Shown here: piece after piece, positions 1 through 13,353 of the stretch
How positions within the stretch are numbered: the stretch's first letter is position 1
Layout of the letters: every line of letters begins with the position of its first letter
Origin: an uncultured delta proteobacterium
GTDB lineage: Bacteria; Myxococcota_A; Polyangia; Polyangiales; B10-G4
NCBI GenBank assembly: GCA_963727445.1
Contig: CAVSGI010000021.1
Coordinates: forward strand, 288,001-352,000
Direction of reading: 5' to 3'
DNA: 64,000 nt
The notes under the pieces: model-generated
The model's database searches: none
Told to the model about the DNA's origin: nothing
What the model saw: only the letters and a program-made list of their open reading frames with translations
Program-made: the position numbers and the translations under genes

Positions 1-63
1 TTCTACCCTCCGCCGCGTGCATCCGGCTTGCGGGCCCCGAGGACCCTCTACTACCATTCTTCG

Positions 64-1152
64 ATGGCGCTGACGCTCGCTGATCTCGAACGGCTTCCGA
101 AGACGGATTTGCACGTTCACCTCGATGGTTCCCTCCGCCTCTCGACCATTCTCGAGCTGGCCGAACAGGACGAAATCGACCTCCCCGCGAGCGATCCCGA
201 CGGCCTCGCCCGTGCGATGCACCTGGGCGAGAACACGGGGTCGCTCGTCGAATACCTCAAGGCCTTCGACATCACGCTGCGCGTGATGCAGACCGAGGAC
301 GCCCTGCGCCGGATCGCCTTCGAGCTGGCGGAAGACGCCGCGAACGAGAGCGTCCGCTACATGGAGGTGCGCTACGCGCCCATGCTCCATACGCGGCGCG
401 GGCTCCGGCTGACCCAGGTGGTGGAAGCGGTGCTCGAAGGGCTCAACCAGGGCCAGGCCGAGTTCGGCATCCAGTCCAACATCATCATCTGCGGCATTCG
501 CAACATCTCGCCCGAGTCTTCCCTCGAGATGGCGCAGCTCGCCGTCGCTTACAAGAACCGCGGTGTCGTGGCCTTCGATCTCGCCGGCGCCGAGTACGAC
601 CACCCGGCCAAACATCATCTGCCGAGCTTTCAGCTGGTCCGCGACAACAACATCAACGTCACCATCCACGCCGGCGAGGCGTACGGCCCGCAATCGATCC
701 ACCAGGCGATCCACGATTGCGGCGCGCACCGTATCGGTCACGGCTGTCGCCTGCGCGAGGACGGCGGGCTACTCCACTACGTCAACGATCACCGCATCGC
801 CCTCGAGTGCTGTCCGAGCTCGAACGTGCAAACCGGCGCAGTGCGCGACCTCGCGAGTCACCCGCTCAAGCTCTATCACAACCTCGGGCTCAGGGTGACG
901 ATCAACACCGACAACAGGTTGATCACCGACACCACGGTCTCGCGCGAGCTCTGGCTCTGTCACACCCAGATGGGTCTCGACTGGGAAGACCTCCGGCGCA
1001 TCATCACCAACGGCTTCAAGGCGGCGTTCCTGCCGTTCCATCAGAAGCAGTCCATGCTTCGCCGCGTCACCGCCGAGCTCAAGGAGTTCACGGCGGGCGA
1101 CGACAAGAAGGCGAGCGCCGACAAGGACGAGCGCGAAACCGCCGGCGCCTGA
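64..1152 (+). CDS. add: Adenosine deaminase
   Basis: DLHVHLDGS, TIHAGE, RIGHG, CPSSN and NTDN motifs; ATG at 64. Confidence 0.92.
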   Translation: MALTLADLERLPKTDLHVHLDGSLRLSTILELAEQDEIDLPASDPDGLARAMHLGENTGSLVEYLKAFDITLRVMQTEDALRRIAFELAEDAANESVRYMEVRYAPMLHTRRGLRLTQVVEAVLEGLNQGQAEFGIQSNIIICGIRNISPESSLEMAQLAVAYKNRGVVAFDLAGAEYDHPAKHHLPSFQLVRDNNINVTIHAGEAYGPQSIHQAIHDCGAHRIGHGCRLREDGGLLHYVNDHRIALECCPSSNVQTGAVRDLASHPLKLYHNLGLRVTINTDNRLITDTTVSRELWLCHTQMGLDWEDLRRIITNGFKAAFLPFHQKQSMLRRVTAELKEFTAGDDKKASADKDERETAGA

Positions 1153-1158
1153 CGGTAC

Positions 1159-1956
1159 GTGAAGCCCGCGGCACTCTTCGATTCTCATTGCCACCTCGAC
1201 TTCGCCGCTTTCGATGCCGATCGCGACGCGGTGGTTTCACGCGCGCGCGATGCCGGTATCGTCGGTATGACGGTGGCCGGCGTGCACCCCCGTGATTGGC
1301 GCGCCATCGCGGCCCTCGGGGCGCGCTATCCGGAGGTTCACGCGACGGTGGGCGTTCATCCGCAGGCGCTCCTCGCGCTCGACGACAGCGCCCTGTCGAA
1401 GGCCCTCGAAGCGCTGATCCCCGAGGCGAAGGCGAACCGGGCGGTGGCCATCGGGGAGACCGGCTTCGACGGACACGTCGAAAGGGCTGGTGTGGGGTAC
1501 GACCTGCAGGGGCGGGTGGTGGACCGACATCGAGACGCCGCCGAGGCCCTGGGGCTGCCCGTGATCTTCCACATCCTCCGCGCCCACGGGCCGGCGCTGG
1601 CCCACCTCGAAGCGCGTGGCCCGCTCCCCCACGGCGGCGTGGTCCACAGCTACAGCGGGTCGCCGGAGCTCGTCGATCGCTACGTCGCGTTGGGGCTCTA
1701 CCTGAGCTTCGCGGGCAACATCACGCGCCCGAACGCCAAGAGGCCCCGCCTCGCGGCGGCGCGCGTCCCGGCGCGGCGCCTCCTGATCGAGACCGATGCG
1801 CCGGATCAACCGCTTCACGACGCGACGACCTCGCGGAACGAGCCCACCGCGCTCCTCGCGATCGTCGAGGCCGTGGCCGGGGCGCGCGGACAGAGCGCCG
1901 ACGAGGTCGCACGGCTCACCACCGACAACGCGCGCGCGTTGTATGGTCTCGCCTGA
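1159..1956 (+). CDS. tatD: TatD family hydrolase/DNase
   Basis: DSHCHLD, GVHP, AIGETGFD, HSYSG, ETDAP motifs. Confidence 0.9.
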   Translation: MKPAALFDSHCHLDFAAFDADRDAVVSRARDAGIVGMTVAGVHPRDWRAIAALGARYPEVHATVGVHPQALLALDDSALSKALEALIPEAKANRAVAIGETGFDGHVERAGVGYDLQGRVVDRHRDAAEALGLPVIFHILRAHGPALAHLEARGPLPHGGVVHSYSGSPELVDRYVALGLYLSFAGNITRPNAKRPRLAAARVPARRLLIETDAPDQPLHDATTSRNEPTALLAIVEAVAGARGQSADEVARLTTDNARALYGLA

Positions 1957-1957
1957 C

Positions 1958-2595
1958 ATGCCGGTCCATGGTTTTCATCCCGAGCTCCTGCCGCTCTTCC
2001 GCCGTCTCGAAGGGGAGCGCACCCTGCTCACGCCCATGGCTCCCGGCGACGGCCCGGCGATCTACGAAGCGGTCGACGAGGATCGCGCACACCTGCGCGC
2101 CTGGCTTCCCTGGGTCGATCATCACCAGGAGAGCGACGACAGCGAGGCTTTCGCGCGCCGGGCGGCGGCATGTGGCTCACCCGCGAAGACCTGATCGTCG
2201 CCATCCGTTCGCGCGACGGGACGATGCTCGGGGGCTCGGGCCTTCACCGGATCGACTGGGAGCGGCGCGCCTTCGAGATCGGCTATTGGATCCGCAAGAG
2301 CGCTACCGGCAAGGGGCACGTCACCGAGGCCGTCCAGCTCCTCACGGCCGTCTGCTTCGACCGACTCGACGCGAGCCGCGTCGAGATCCGTTGCGATCCG
2401 AAGAACGTGAAGAGCAGCGCGGTGCCCGAGCGTCTGGGTTACCTCCAGGAGGCGTTGCTCCGGAGCCAGTCACGTGGCACCGACGGCTCGCTCCGCGACA
2501 CGCTGGTCTACGCGCTGACCCCCACCTCTTTCATGGGCGCAGACTGGGCGCCGAAGGCCCGGCGGCTGGTGGCAGCGGCCGATCGCGACGGGTGA
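1958..2595 (+). pseudogene. RimJ/RimL-family GNAT acetyltransferase split by a frameshift near 2160-2170 (probably sequencing error)
   Basis: N-half (..HLRAWLPWV..) lies in the 1796 frame and C-half (GLHRIDW..EIGYW..GKGHVTEAV..N..S..VPERLGY) in the 2170 frame. Confidence 0.8.
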
Positions 2596-2613
2596 AGTGC
2601 CACAGTAGGCCTT

Positions 2614-3900
2614 TCAAGCACCCGGCAGAAAACGGCGACGGCGCTCCTGCCGGATCTGTTTCGGCTCGGGTAGCCCCTCGAAGAAGCCGATGCTGCGCAG
2701 GAATCGCGCCATCTCGCGCAGATAGGCGCCGCGGTCGAAGTGCAGCACGTGGTTGCCCGGGAACCAGTGAAGGCGACAGCGGTCCCAGTGTTCCCAGAGC
2801 AGCCGCGCCTGCTTCGGGGGCGCCAAACGGTCGCCGACGCCGCCGATCACCATGAGCCTTCGCTTGTCGATCCGCGGTGGATAGGTGAGGGGGCTGGTCA
2901 CGGCCAGCAGAAAGCGCGCGTCTTTGATCCGCCGGCGCATCACGCGGAGGCTGGTGCGCATCAGCGTGTTCAGTGGGCGCCACTCCATCATCAGATCGGC
3001 GAGAGAGACCACCGGCACGTTGGGGATCGAAAAGGCGAGGCGATCGTCGACCGACGCCAGGAGCGCCGCGGTGAAGCCACCGAGGCTCACCCCCGTCACG
3101 CCCACGCGCGGGACCCGGTGGGTCTCGAGCAGGTGATTCATCAAGATGCGAATGTCGTAGATGGCCTGACCGAAGGCCTCGTTGATGCGCGCGATGCCGC
3201 CCGCGAAGAACCCGTGTCCGCTGAAGGGTGAAAAGCGCGTACGGCGCTGGCCGTGGAAAGGCAGCGTACAGAGCATCACGTCGAAGCCGAGGCGATAGAG
3301 CCACGGGATCGCGAAGAAGACCTCGTTCAGGTGGTAGAGGTCGGCGTTGAATCCGTGGATCGCCAGCACCGTCGGGCGCGGCCCTCGTCCGTGGCGCCAC
3401 CAGCGCGCCCGCGCGACGCGATTGTTCGCGTGACGAAGGTAGCCGTCGCGGATGCGCGGGTTGACCGGGACGTAGGGGCTCGCGAAGCTCAGATCGAGGC
3501 AGGCGCCGTCGGGTGGACGAAAGAGCGGCATGCGCGCGCGCGAGACGCGGATGGGGACCGCGCGCGGCGGTCGGCGGAAGAACGCGTCGGGGTCCCGCGC
3601 TTCGACCATCGGCCCGATGAGCTCGCGATCCTCGAGGGCGCGCCTGAGGGCGATGGGATGAAAGCCGATCGGGTAGGCGAGGGCGCTCACCGCCGTGCCG
3701 GCGAGGGTGCGCACCGTGTAGTCCCACGCAGCGCCGGCGCGCACCTGGAGCGACTCCATGAGCTCGAGCTGGAAGACCTCGGGTTGCTGCGCGAAGTCCT
3801 CCGGCAGCTCGTCCCACCAGCGATTCCCGGGTTGATGAACCGGCGCGTCGACACAGGCCGCGTGCGCGATCCGAGAGACGATGGCGCTCCTGGGCGTCAT
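2614..3900 (-). CDS. Alpha/beta hydrolase
   Basis: IHGF, GVSLGG nucleophile elbow, GDRL, FPGNH. Confidence 0.8.
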   Translation of the reverse strand: MTPRSAIVSRIAHAACVDAPVHQPGNRWWDELPEDFAQQPEVFQLELMESLQVRAGAAWDYTVRTLAGTAVSALAYPIGFHPIALRRALEDRELIGPMVEARDPDAFFRRPPRAVPIRVSRARMPLFRPPDGACLDLSFASPYVPVNPRIRDGYLRHANNRVARARWWRHGRGPRPTVLAIHGFNADLYHLNEVFFAIPWLYRLGFDVMLCTLPFHGQRRTRFSPFSGHGFFAGGIARINEAFGQAIYDIRILMNHLLETHRVPRVGVTGVSLGGFTAALLASVDDRLAFSIPNVPVVSLADLMMEWRPLNTLMRTSLRVMRRRIKDARFLLAVTSPLTYPPRIDKRRLMVIGGVGDRLAPPKQARLLWEHWDRCRLHWFPGNHVLHFDRGAYLREMARFLRSIGFFEGLPEPKQIRQERRRRFLPGA

Positions 3901-4002
3901 CCGAGCCCCCCGGCTCCAGGCAGTGGCACCTGCGCATCATATCACCTCCGGGCCTGGGACCGGCCTTGCGCCCCCCCTTGCCAGAGGGTACAGAGGGCGC
4001 CG

Positions 4003-4926
4003 GTGGAGGACCTGAGCGTCATAATTCCCTCGTATAACGGCCAAGAACATCTGGGCCGGACGCTCGAGGATCTGTTGGCCATCGCCCCCGACGCCGAGGT
4101 GATCGTCGTCGATGGGGGCTCGAGCGACGGCAGCCGCCAGCTGGTGACGGGCGACTACCCGAACGTCCGCCTCCTCGAGGTCAAGAACCACGGATTCAGC
4201 TACGCCACCAATCGCGGCGTGGAGGCCTCCACCCGCAGCCTGGTGCTCTTGCTCAACTCCGATCTCTTCCTGAATCGGAAGTGCCTTCAGATGATGGCTC
4301 GGACCCTCCGGACGCACCCGGAGGTCGGCGCGGTGGGACCGCACCTCTTCAATCCGGATGGGACGCGGCAGCATCACTTCAGCTGGCCCTACTACCCGCG
4401 CTACCTGCCGTCCCTCGCGGGGCCGCTCCCCGTCGGCGTGCTCTGCGGCGCGTGCATCATGACGCGCCGCGAGGTCATCGCGGAGGTCGGCGGACTCGAC
4501 GAGTCCTTCTTCCTCTACAACGAGGAGCTCGACTGGTGTAAGCGGGTGCGCCTCGCTGGCTATCGGCTCCACCTGCTCCCCGTCGGAGCGGTGCACGTGG
4601 GTGGCGGCTCGACCACCCCCTCGCCCGAGCTGCTCCTCGAGCGTTATCGCGGCTACCTCTACCTCATCGACAAGCGACACCCGCGACCCTTCGTGGAGTC
4701 CGTGCGCCGTCTGATGCAGCTCAAGGCCTGGTTCTTCAAGCACACGGATCACGAGCCCGAGTGGCGCTCGATGTGGCGGCGCCTCGAGCGCCTCGCCGCG
4801 GAGCGCGAGTACGACGAGAGCCCCTTCGAGCGGAGCGGGCGCGGGATCCCCTCGCTTTCGCCCCAGCCGGTGCCGCCCGAGCACGAAGAGGGCCGCGCGC
4901 TCGAGCTGGACACGGCCGCGGAATAG
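4003..4926 (+). CDS. Glycosyltransferase family 2
   Basis: SVIIPSYN, VVDGGSSDGS, LLNSD, FFLYNEELDWC; GTG start at 4003 inside the longer ORF. Confidence 0.88.
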   Translation: MEDLSVIIPSYNGQEHLGRTLEDLLAIAPDAEVIVVDGGSSDGSRQLVTGDYPNVRLLEVKNHGFSYATNRGVEASTRSLVLLLNSDLFLNRKCLQMMARTLRTHPEVGAVGPHLFNPDGTRQHHFSWPYYPRYLPSLAGPLPVGVLCGACIMTRREVIAEVGGLDESFFLYNEELDWCKRVRLAGYRLHLLPVGAVHVGGGSTTPSPELLLERYRGYLYLIDKRHPRPFVESVRRLMQLKAWFFKHTDHEPEWRSMWRRLERLAAEREYDESPFERSGRGIPSLSPQPVPPEHEEGRALELDTAAE

Positions 4927-4940
4927 CGCACGCTCCGTCC

Positions 4941-5795
4941 ATGCCGTTGCCACTCGCTCCAGGACAGCGCGGGATCGATCCCGCTCGCGAACCCGAGCCC
5001 GAGCTTCGAACCCACCGCCGTTTCGACCGCGCGGCGCGCCTCTTCGGTGAGGAGGGCCTGCATCGCCTGATGAAGGCGCGCGTCTTGATCTTCGGGATGG
5101 GTGGCGTCGGCTCCTTCACCGCCGAGGCGCTGGCGCGTTCGGGGGTGGGGTACCTCGGCCTGATCGATTTCGACGACGTCTGCGTCACCAACGCGAACAG
5201 GCAGCTCCACGCGCTCAAGGGCAACATCGGCAAGAAGAAGGTGGAGGTCATGGCAGAGCGCCTTCGCCTCGTTCATCCGCCGAGCGAGGTCGAGCCGATC
5301 GCGGAGTTCTACGAGGCCGAGACCTCTGCCCGGCTCCTCGACGGCCAGGTGGACTACGTCGTCGACGCCATCGACAACATGAAGGCGAAGGCGCACCTGC
5401 TCGCGACCTGTCTCGAACGGGGCATTCCGGTCGTCTCTTCCATGGGCGCGGCGGCGCGGATGGACCCCACCCAGATCCGCTCCGGCGACCTCTCCGAGAC
5501 CTTCCGCGACCCCTTCGCCAAGAGCCTGCGCAAGATGCTGCGCCGCGACTACGCGATCGCTTGCGAGCGCGGGACGCCGGTGGGCATCGAGGCCGTCTAC
5601 AGCCTCGAGCAGCCCCTCGCTCCGCTCTCCCTGAGTTACGACGGTGAGACCGGGTTCCAGTGCGTCTGCCCCAACGGTAGCAACGGCAAGCACACCTGCG
5701 AGCGCCGCTCGCGGATCGACGGGAGCGCTGCCTTCGTGACCGGGGCCTTCGGCCTCGCCTGCGCCAGCGTGGTGGTGCGGGCCTTCGCGAGATAG
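4941..5795 (+). CDS. tcdA: tRNA threonylcarbamoyladenosine dehydratase (ThiF family)
   Basis: GMGGVGS..EALARSGVG, DFDDVCVTNANRQ, DAIDN, SSMGAA..DP. Confidence 0.85.
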   Translation: MPLPLAPGQRGIDPAREPEPELRTHRRFDRAARLFGEEGLHRLMKARVLIFGMGGVGSFTAEALARSGVGYLGLIDFDDVCVTNANRQLHALKGNIGKKKVEVMAERLRLVHPPSEVEPIAEFYEAETSARLLDGQVDYVVDAIDNMKAKAHLLATCLERGIPVVSSMGAAARMDPTQIRSGDLSETFRDPFAKSLRKMLRRDYAIACERGTPVGIEAVYSLEQPLAPLSLSYDGETGFQCVCPNGSNGKHTCERRSRIDGSAAFVTGAFGLACASVVVRAFAR

Positions 5796-5804
5796 TCTCC
5801 GTCC

Positions 5805-7502
5805 ATGCGGGCTGGGCTTGTCTTCTCTGCGATCGCGCTGATCGTCTCGGGGTGCGGTGATGATGGGGCCGGTGACGCGGGCGACGCGACCATGGACGCA
5901 CCGGGCGACGCCATGGATGCGGCGATGGACAGCCGCACCTTCCCCGACGGTCGCGCCGGCGACACCGGCATCGAGTGGCCCGACGCCGGCCCACCTCCGA
6001 CGGGCTGTGAGCTCCTCGGCGACGGAGGCACAGCGATGGACGCCGGCGGTGACGCAGGGACGCTCCCCGAGCTCGCGCCCGAGCCGAACGCCTATCCGCC
6101 GCTGCACGGCCCCGGGGGCCCGGCCACCACCTTCACCGACGATCGACTGATCACCCCCTGCGCCTACCTCGACGGCGGCGAGAGCGATCGCGACCACCAC
6201 AACACGGTGGCCATGGTCGACGGATACCTCTTCATGCCCTGGGCCCACGAGGGGGGCTTCGGGGGCCTCTCGGTCTTCGAGTTCGACGAGCCCTGCGCGC
6301 CGGTGCCGGTCGCGACCGTGACCGAGGAGCAGATGCGCGAAACCCACGCGGCCGGCATCGCAACCATCGACGGCCGTCGCTACATGGTCACCACCTCGCT
6401 CACCGGCATCCTCTTCTGGGACATCACGGATCCGACCGCGCCCTTCCTGGTCACCGACTTCACCTTGCCCGGTGTCGTCTATCCCGACTCCTACGCGCGG
6501 GTGGTCCTCAGCATCTTCTGGCAGGCGCCCTACGTCTACGTCGGCGCCGCTGACAACGGGGTCTTCGTCGTGGACGCATCGGATCCGTCGGCCCCGGTGC
6601 TGCTGAACACCTACGAGCCGCTCCCCGATCTGCGCGTCGGCGGCGTGTATGCGATCGGGACCTTGCTCGTGATCCAGGCGGCGGAGGGCATCCGCACCAA
6701 CCTGGTCGACATCTCCGATCCGGCCCGCCCACGCGTCATCCCGGGCGGCACCTACATCACGACCGACGGAACCACCGACCGATTCGGCGCCCCCACGCTC
6801 AAGACCGCGTACTTCGGTCACGTGAACGGCAACCGGGCCTATTACGCCCGGAACTTCCTCGGAGGCGGGCTGGTCATCTTCGACATCTCGGATCCCGGCG
6901 CTCCCGAGTTCCTGGGCAACTGGGATGCGCCGCCGATCGCCAACGGGGGTTACGTCTTCTTCAAGGAGGGAGAAGCCTTCGTGGGGCAGTCGAACTACGG
7001 GGTCTCCCTCGACGTCTCCGATCCTTCCGCCATGACGATGCAGGCGCGCTTCGAGATGACCGGCGACCTCGACACCATCGTGCCGATCGGAAACGTGGTG
7101 GCGGTGAGCGTCGACGACGACTCCGTTCCGGATCAGGCCACCAACGTGATGCCCTACCGCGCGGCCCCGGATACGCGCCCGCCGGAGGTGAACATGGTGG
7201 TGCCGCGCGACGGCGCGACCGACGTCGCCATCTCCGCGCGCGTCGGGCTGACCTTCACCGAGTTCGTGGAGATCGGGACCGTCTTCCGGGGCTCCTTCCG
7301 CGTCGAGGAGATGGGCTCGGGCCGCCCCGTGCCGGGCACCTACTCGGGGCAGGAGGGCGCCGTCAGCTTCCACCCGGACGAGCCCCTTCGTCCGAGCACC
7401 ACCTACGAGGTGATTGTACCGATCGGCGGCGTCACCGACGTCTCGGGCAACCCGGTCGCCGTCGAGCATCGCTCGACGTTCACGACCGTCGCTTGTCCTT
7501 GA
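5805..7502 (+). CDS. Lipoprotein with LVIVD-type propeller repeats and C-terminal Ig-like domain
   Basis: Lipobox VSGC; repeated (V/I)D(I/V)SDP..P units; C-terminal P.DGATDV..TF.E..L.P.TTY.V..G..DVSGN. Confidence 0.75.
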   Translation: MRAGLVFSAIALIVSGCGDDGAGDAGDATMDAPGDAMDAAMDSRTFPDGRAGDTGIEWPDAGPPPTGCELLGDGGTAMDAGGDAGTLPELAPEPNAYPPLHGPGGPATTFTDDRLITPCAYLDGGESDRDHHNTVAMVDGYLFMPWAHEGGFGGLSVFEFDEPCAPVPVATVTEEQMRETHAAGIATIDGRRYMVTTSLTGILFWDITDPTAPFLVTDFTLPGVVYPDSYARVVLSIFWQAPYVYVGAADNGVFVVDASDPSAPVLLNTYEPLPDLRVGGVYAIGTLLVIQAAEGIRTNLVDISDPARPRVIPGGTYITTDGTTDRFGAPTLKTAYFGHVNGNRAYYARNFLGGGLVIFDISDPGAPEFLGNWDAPPIANGGYVFFKEGEAFVGQSNYGVSLDVSDPSAMTMQARFEMTGDLDTIVPIGNVVAVSVDDDSVPDQATNVMPYRAAPDTRPPEVNMVVPRDGATDVAISARVGLTFTEFVEIGTVFRGSFRVEEMGSGRPVPGTYSGQEGAVSFHPDEPLRPSTTYEVIVPIGGVTDVSGNPVAVEHRSTFTTVACP

Positions 7503-7505
7503 GGA

Positions 7506-8996
7506 CTAGACGTCTTCCTGCGCCGGTCGCCACCGCAGCACGGGATGGCGGGCGGCGCGGGTCTCGTCCAGGCGCCTCAGGCGCGTCAGGTGCGGCGCCT
7601 TCTTCACCGTCTCGGCGTCCTCGCGCGCCTCGCGGCTGATCGAGGACAGGGCGCTGACGAACTCGTCGAGGGCCTGCTTGGTCTCGGTCTCGGTGGGTTC
7701 GATGAGCATCGCGCCCTTGACCACCAGCGGGAAGTAGACGGTGGGCGGATGGAAGCCGTAATCGATGAGCCGCTTGGCCACGTCCATCGTCGTGACGCCC
7801 GTCGGCCGGAGGTGCTTGTCGCTGATCACCACCTCGTGCATGCAGACCTCGTCGAAGGCCACGTGCCACTCTTCGCCGAGGCAGGCGCGCAGGTAGTTGG
7901 CGTTGAGGACCGCCAGCTCGCTGGCGCTCTTGAGACCCTCCGCGCCCATCTCGCGCAGATAGGTGTAGGCCCGCACCATCATCCCGAAGTTGCCGTGGAA
8001 GGAACGCAGGCGGCCCACCGACTGCGGCCGATCCGCATCGAGGGCGAAGCTGCCGTCCTCGTTCTTCACCACGACGGGTATTGGGGCGTACGGCGCCAGG
8101 ATCTTCTTGTACCCCACCGGCCCGCATCCGGGCCCGCCGCCGCCGTGAGGCGTGGTGAAGGTCTTGTGCAGGTTGAACTGCATCACGTCGATGCCGAGAT
8201 CACCGGGCCGCGTGCGCCCCATGATGGCGTTGAGGTTCGCGCCGTCGCCGTACACCAGCCCGCCCTTGTCGTGCACCATCGACGCGATGGTCGGCAGGTG
8301 GCTCTCGAAGAGGCCCACGGTGTTCGGGTTCGTGAGCATGATCGCCGCGACGTCGTCGTCGATGAATGGCGCGATCTGATCGGGGGTGACGATCCCGCTG
8401 CCCTCCATGGGGAAGGGCACGTTCTTGAGCCCGTTGAGGGCGCACGACGCCGGGTTCGTCCCGTGTGCCGTGTCCGGGATCAGCACCTTCTTGGGGCTCC
8501 GTCCCTGGGCCTCGTGGTGGGCGCGGATCATCATCAGGCCGGTGAGCTCACCCTGCGCGCCTGCGGCGGGGTGGAGGGTCACCTGGTCCATGCCGCAGAT
8601 CTCGGCGAGACCCCGCTCGAGCCGGTACATGAGCTCGAGGGCGCCCTGGATGGTGCGATCGGGAGCGTAGGGATGAAGGCCGGCGAAGCCGGTGAGCCGC
8701 GCGGCCCACTCGTTCACCTTCGGGTTGTACTTCATGGTGCAGGAGCCGAGCGGATAGAGCCCCTTGTCGATGGCGAAGTTCTGAGCGCTGAGCTTGACGT
8801 AGTGGCGGAAGGCTTCCGGCTCGGAGACCTCCGGCAGGCCGGTGCCCTCCTCGCGGTACGCGTCGCCGAAGAGCGCCGCCGGATCGGCGGCGGGGACGCC
8901 GGCGTCGGGAAGGGACGCGCCCTGCCGACCGGGCGAGCCGAGCTCGAAGACGAGGGGCTCGTGGAAGGCGAGATCGCGGGTAGCAGAACCTGGCAT
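7506..8996 (-). CDS. gcvPB: Glycine dehydrogenase (decarboxylating) subunit 2
   Basis: YPLGSCTMKYNP, AHGTNPAS, NLHKTFTTPHGGGGPG, IEPTETE. Confidence 0.95.
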   Translation of the reverse strand: MPGSATRDLAFHEPLVFELGSPGRQGASLPDAGVPAADPAALFGDAYREEGTGLPEVSEPEAFRHYVKLSAQNFAIDKGLYPLGSCTMKYNPKVNEWAARLTGFAGLHPYAPDRTIQGALELMYRLERGLAEICGMDQVTLHPAAGAQGELTGLMMIRAHHEAQGRSPKKVLIPDTAHGTNPASCALNGLKNVPFPMEGSGIVTPDQIAPFIDDDVAAIMLTNPNTVGLFESHLPTIASMVHDKGGLVYGDGANLNAIMGRTRPGDLGIDVMQFNLHKTFTTPHGGGGPGCGPVGYKKILAPYAPIPVVVKNEDGSFALDADRPQSVGRLRSFHGNFGMMVRAYTYLREMGAEGLKSASELAVLNANYLRACLGEEWHVAFDEVCMHEVVISDKHLRPTGVTTMDVAKRLIDYGFHPPTVYFPLVVKGAMLIEPTETETKQALDEFVSALSSISREAREDAETVKKAPHLTRLRRLDETRAARHPVLRWRPAQEDV

Positions 8997-9098
8997 CGGA
9001 CTCCTCGAGGCGGATTGGCGCGAACCGTAGGCCCACCCCACGGGCCTTGCAAGACGCACTTGTTGGATCCGGCGGGGCGAGGGGTTACAAAGGGCGCC

Positions 9099-9653
9099 AT
9101 GCGAAGCGACATGGCGCTCACCTCGGCAATTGGCACGGCGCTGGCCGGCCTCCTCCTGGCCGCCTGCGGCGCCGGTCAGTACGGGTACGATCGCGAGTAC
9201 GTCCCGCTCGGCGACGAAGACGCCTACATCGGAAACACGACCGACGTGAGTTACGAGGACGTGCGCCGGGATCCGGCGGACTTCCGGTCGGCGACCGTGG
9301 GCTGGTTCGGGGTCGTGACCTCGGTCGAGCGCGGCACCAACGGCCGGACCCTCGTCCATGCCACCCACCGCATCCACCAGACGCGGCACCTCTGCGGGGA
9401 CGAGACCGCCGGGAGCTGCCGGGTCACCGTCTCCGATCGCGAGAGCGGGCCCTTCACCGCGGTGGTCCAGATCCACCCCGAGGATCGCGAGGGAGAGGCC
9501 CGACTCTGGGCCGGCTCCCTGGTGAAGGTCTACGGCTCGCCCACGGGTGAGTTCGACACCGAGGGCGGCCCGATGATCGAGGCCGAATACTATCGACACT
9601 GGCCTCGCGGCACCTACGTGACCACTGGCGCGGCCGGCTCGATGCGCCGCTGA
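9099..9653 (+). CDS. Outer-membrane lipoprotein, Slp-like
   Basis: Lipobox LAAC; V.WFGVV..VE and VKVYG..P.I..YRHW resemble the Slp family. Confidence 0.55.
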   Translation: MRSDMALTSAIGTALAGLLLAACGAGQYGYDREYVPLGDEDAYIGNTTDVSYEDVRRDPADFRSATVGWFGVVTSVERGTNGRTLVHATHRIHQTRHLCGDETAGSCRVTVSDRESGPFTAVVQIHPEDREGEARLWAGSLVKVYGSPTGEFDTEGGPMIEAEYYRHWPRGTYVTTGAAGSMRR

Positions 9654-9732
9654 GCCGCTCCACCGGCCGGTGAATCGCCGGCCTCGACATCCGTCCAAGG
9701 GCGCATCACCCTGAACCACTCAGGAGATCTCG

Positions 9733-10110
9733 ATGCCGCGTGCCCTGCTCTTCCTCGCTCTCTGCCTGCCCACCCTCGCCGCTTGTAAGGGCAGTGGCAT
9801 CCCGCTCTACCAGAGCTGCGACACCAAGAACGACTGCGTGGACACCGCGGACGATTGCTTCACCGTGGCGTGGGACATGGATCATCTCGACGGAACCATG
9901 TGCTCGGCATACTGCTCGGTGCACGCCGACTGCCCCGGCAACAGCTCCTGCTACGAGCTCGTCGGCGACCCGACCATGCAGCGCGTCTGCTTCAAGCGCT
10001 GTAACACCGACTTCGACTGCGCCCCCGATTACCAGTGCGTGAACGCCGACATGGGTATGGGCGTGATCGACGCCATCTGCCTGCCCAACGGAAGCGGCCC
10101 CCCGGCCTGA
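9733..10110 (+). CDS. Small Cys-rich lipoprotein
   Basis: Lipobox LAAC, many Cys, upstream AGGAG RBS. Confidence 0.75.
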   Translation: MPRALLFLALCLPTLAACKGSGIPLYQSCDTKNDCVDTADDCFTVAWDMDHLDGTMCSAYCSVHADCPGNSSCYELVGDPTMQRVCFKRCNTDFDCAPDYQCVNADMGMGVIDAICLPNGSGPPA

Positions 10111-10119
10111 GTCAGTCGG

Positions 10120-13296
<3,177 letters not shown>

Positions 13297-13353
13297 TCAC
13301 GACGGATTGTTTCCCATATTGCACTTCGGGCCAAGGAAAGCGCGCCCCGCGGC

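Noticed and set aside
64..1956. Deaminase plus TatD nuclease as an anti-phage module
   Set aside because: Both look like ordinary housekeeping members; no ATPase or other defence context
2155..2175. Programmed ribosomal frameshift
   Set aside because: No slippery sequence or stimulatory structure; several similar indels in the window point to error
7506..8996. gcvPB without gcvPA/T/H and no glycine riboswitch
   Set aside because: The other gcv genes may simply lie elsewhere; a split operon is not remarkable and the short upstream gap shows no riboswitch
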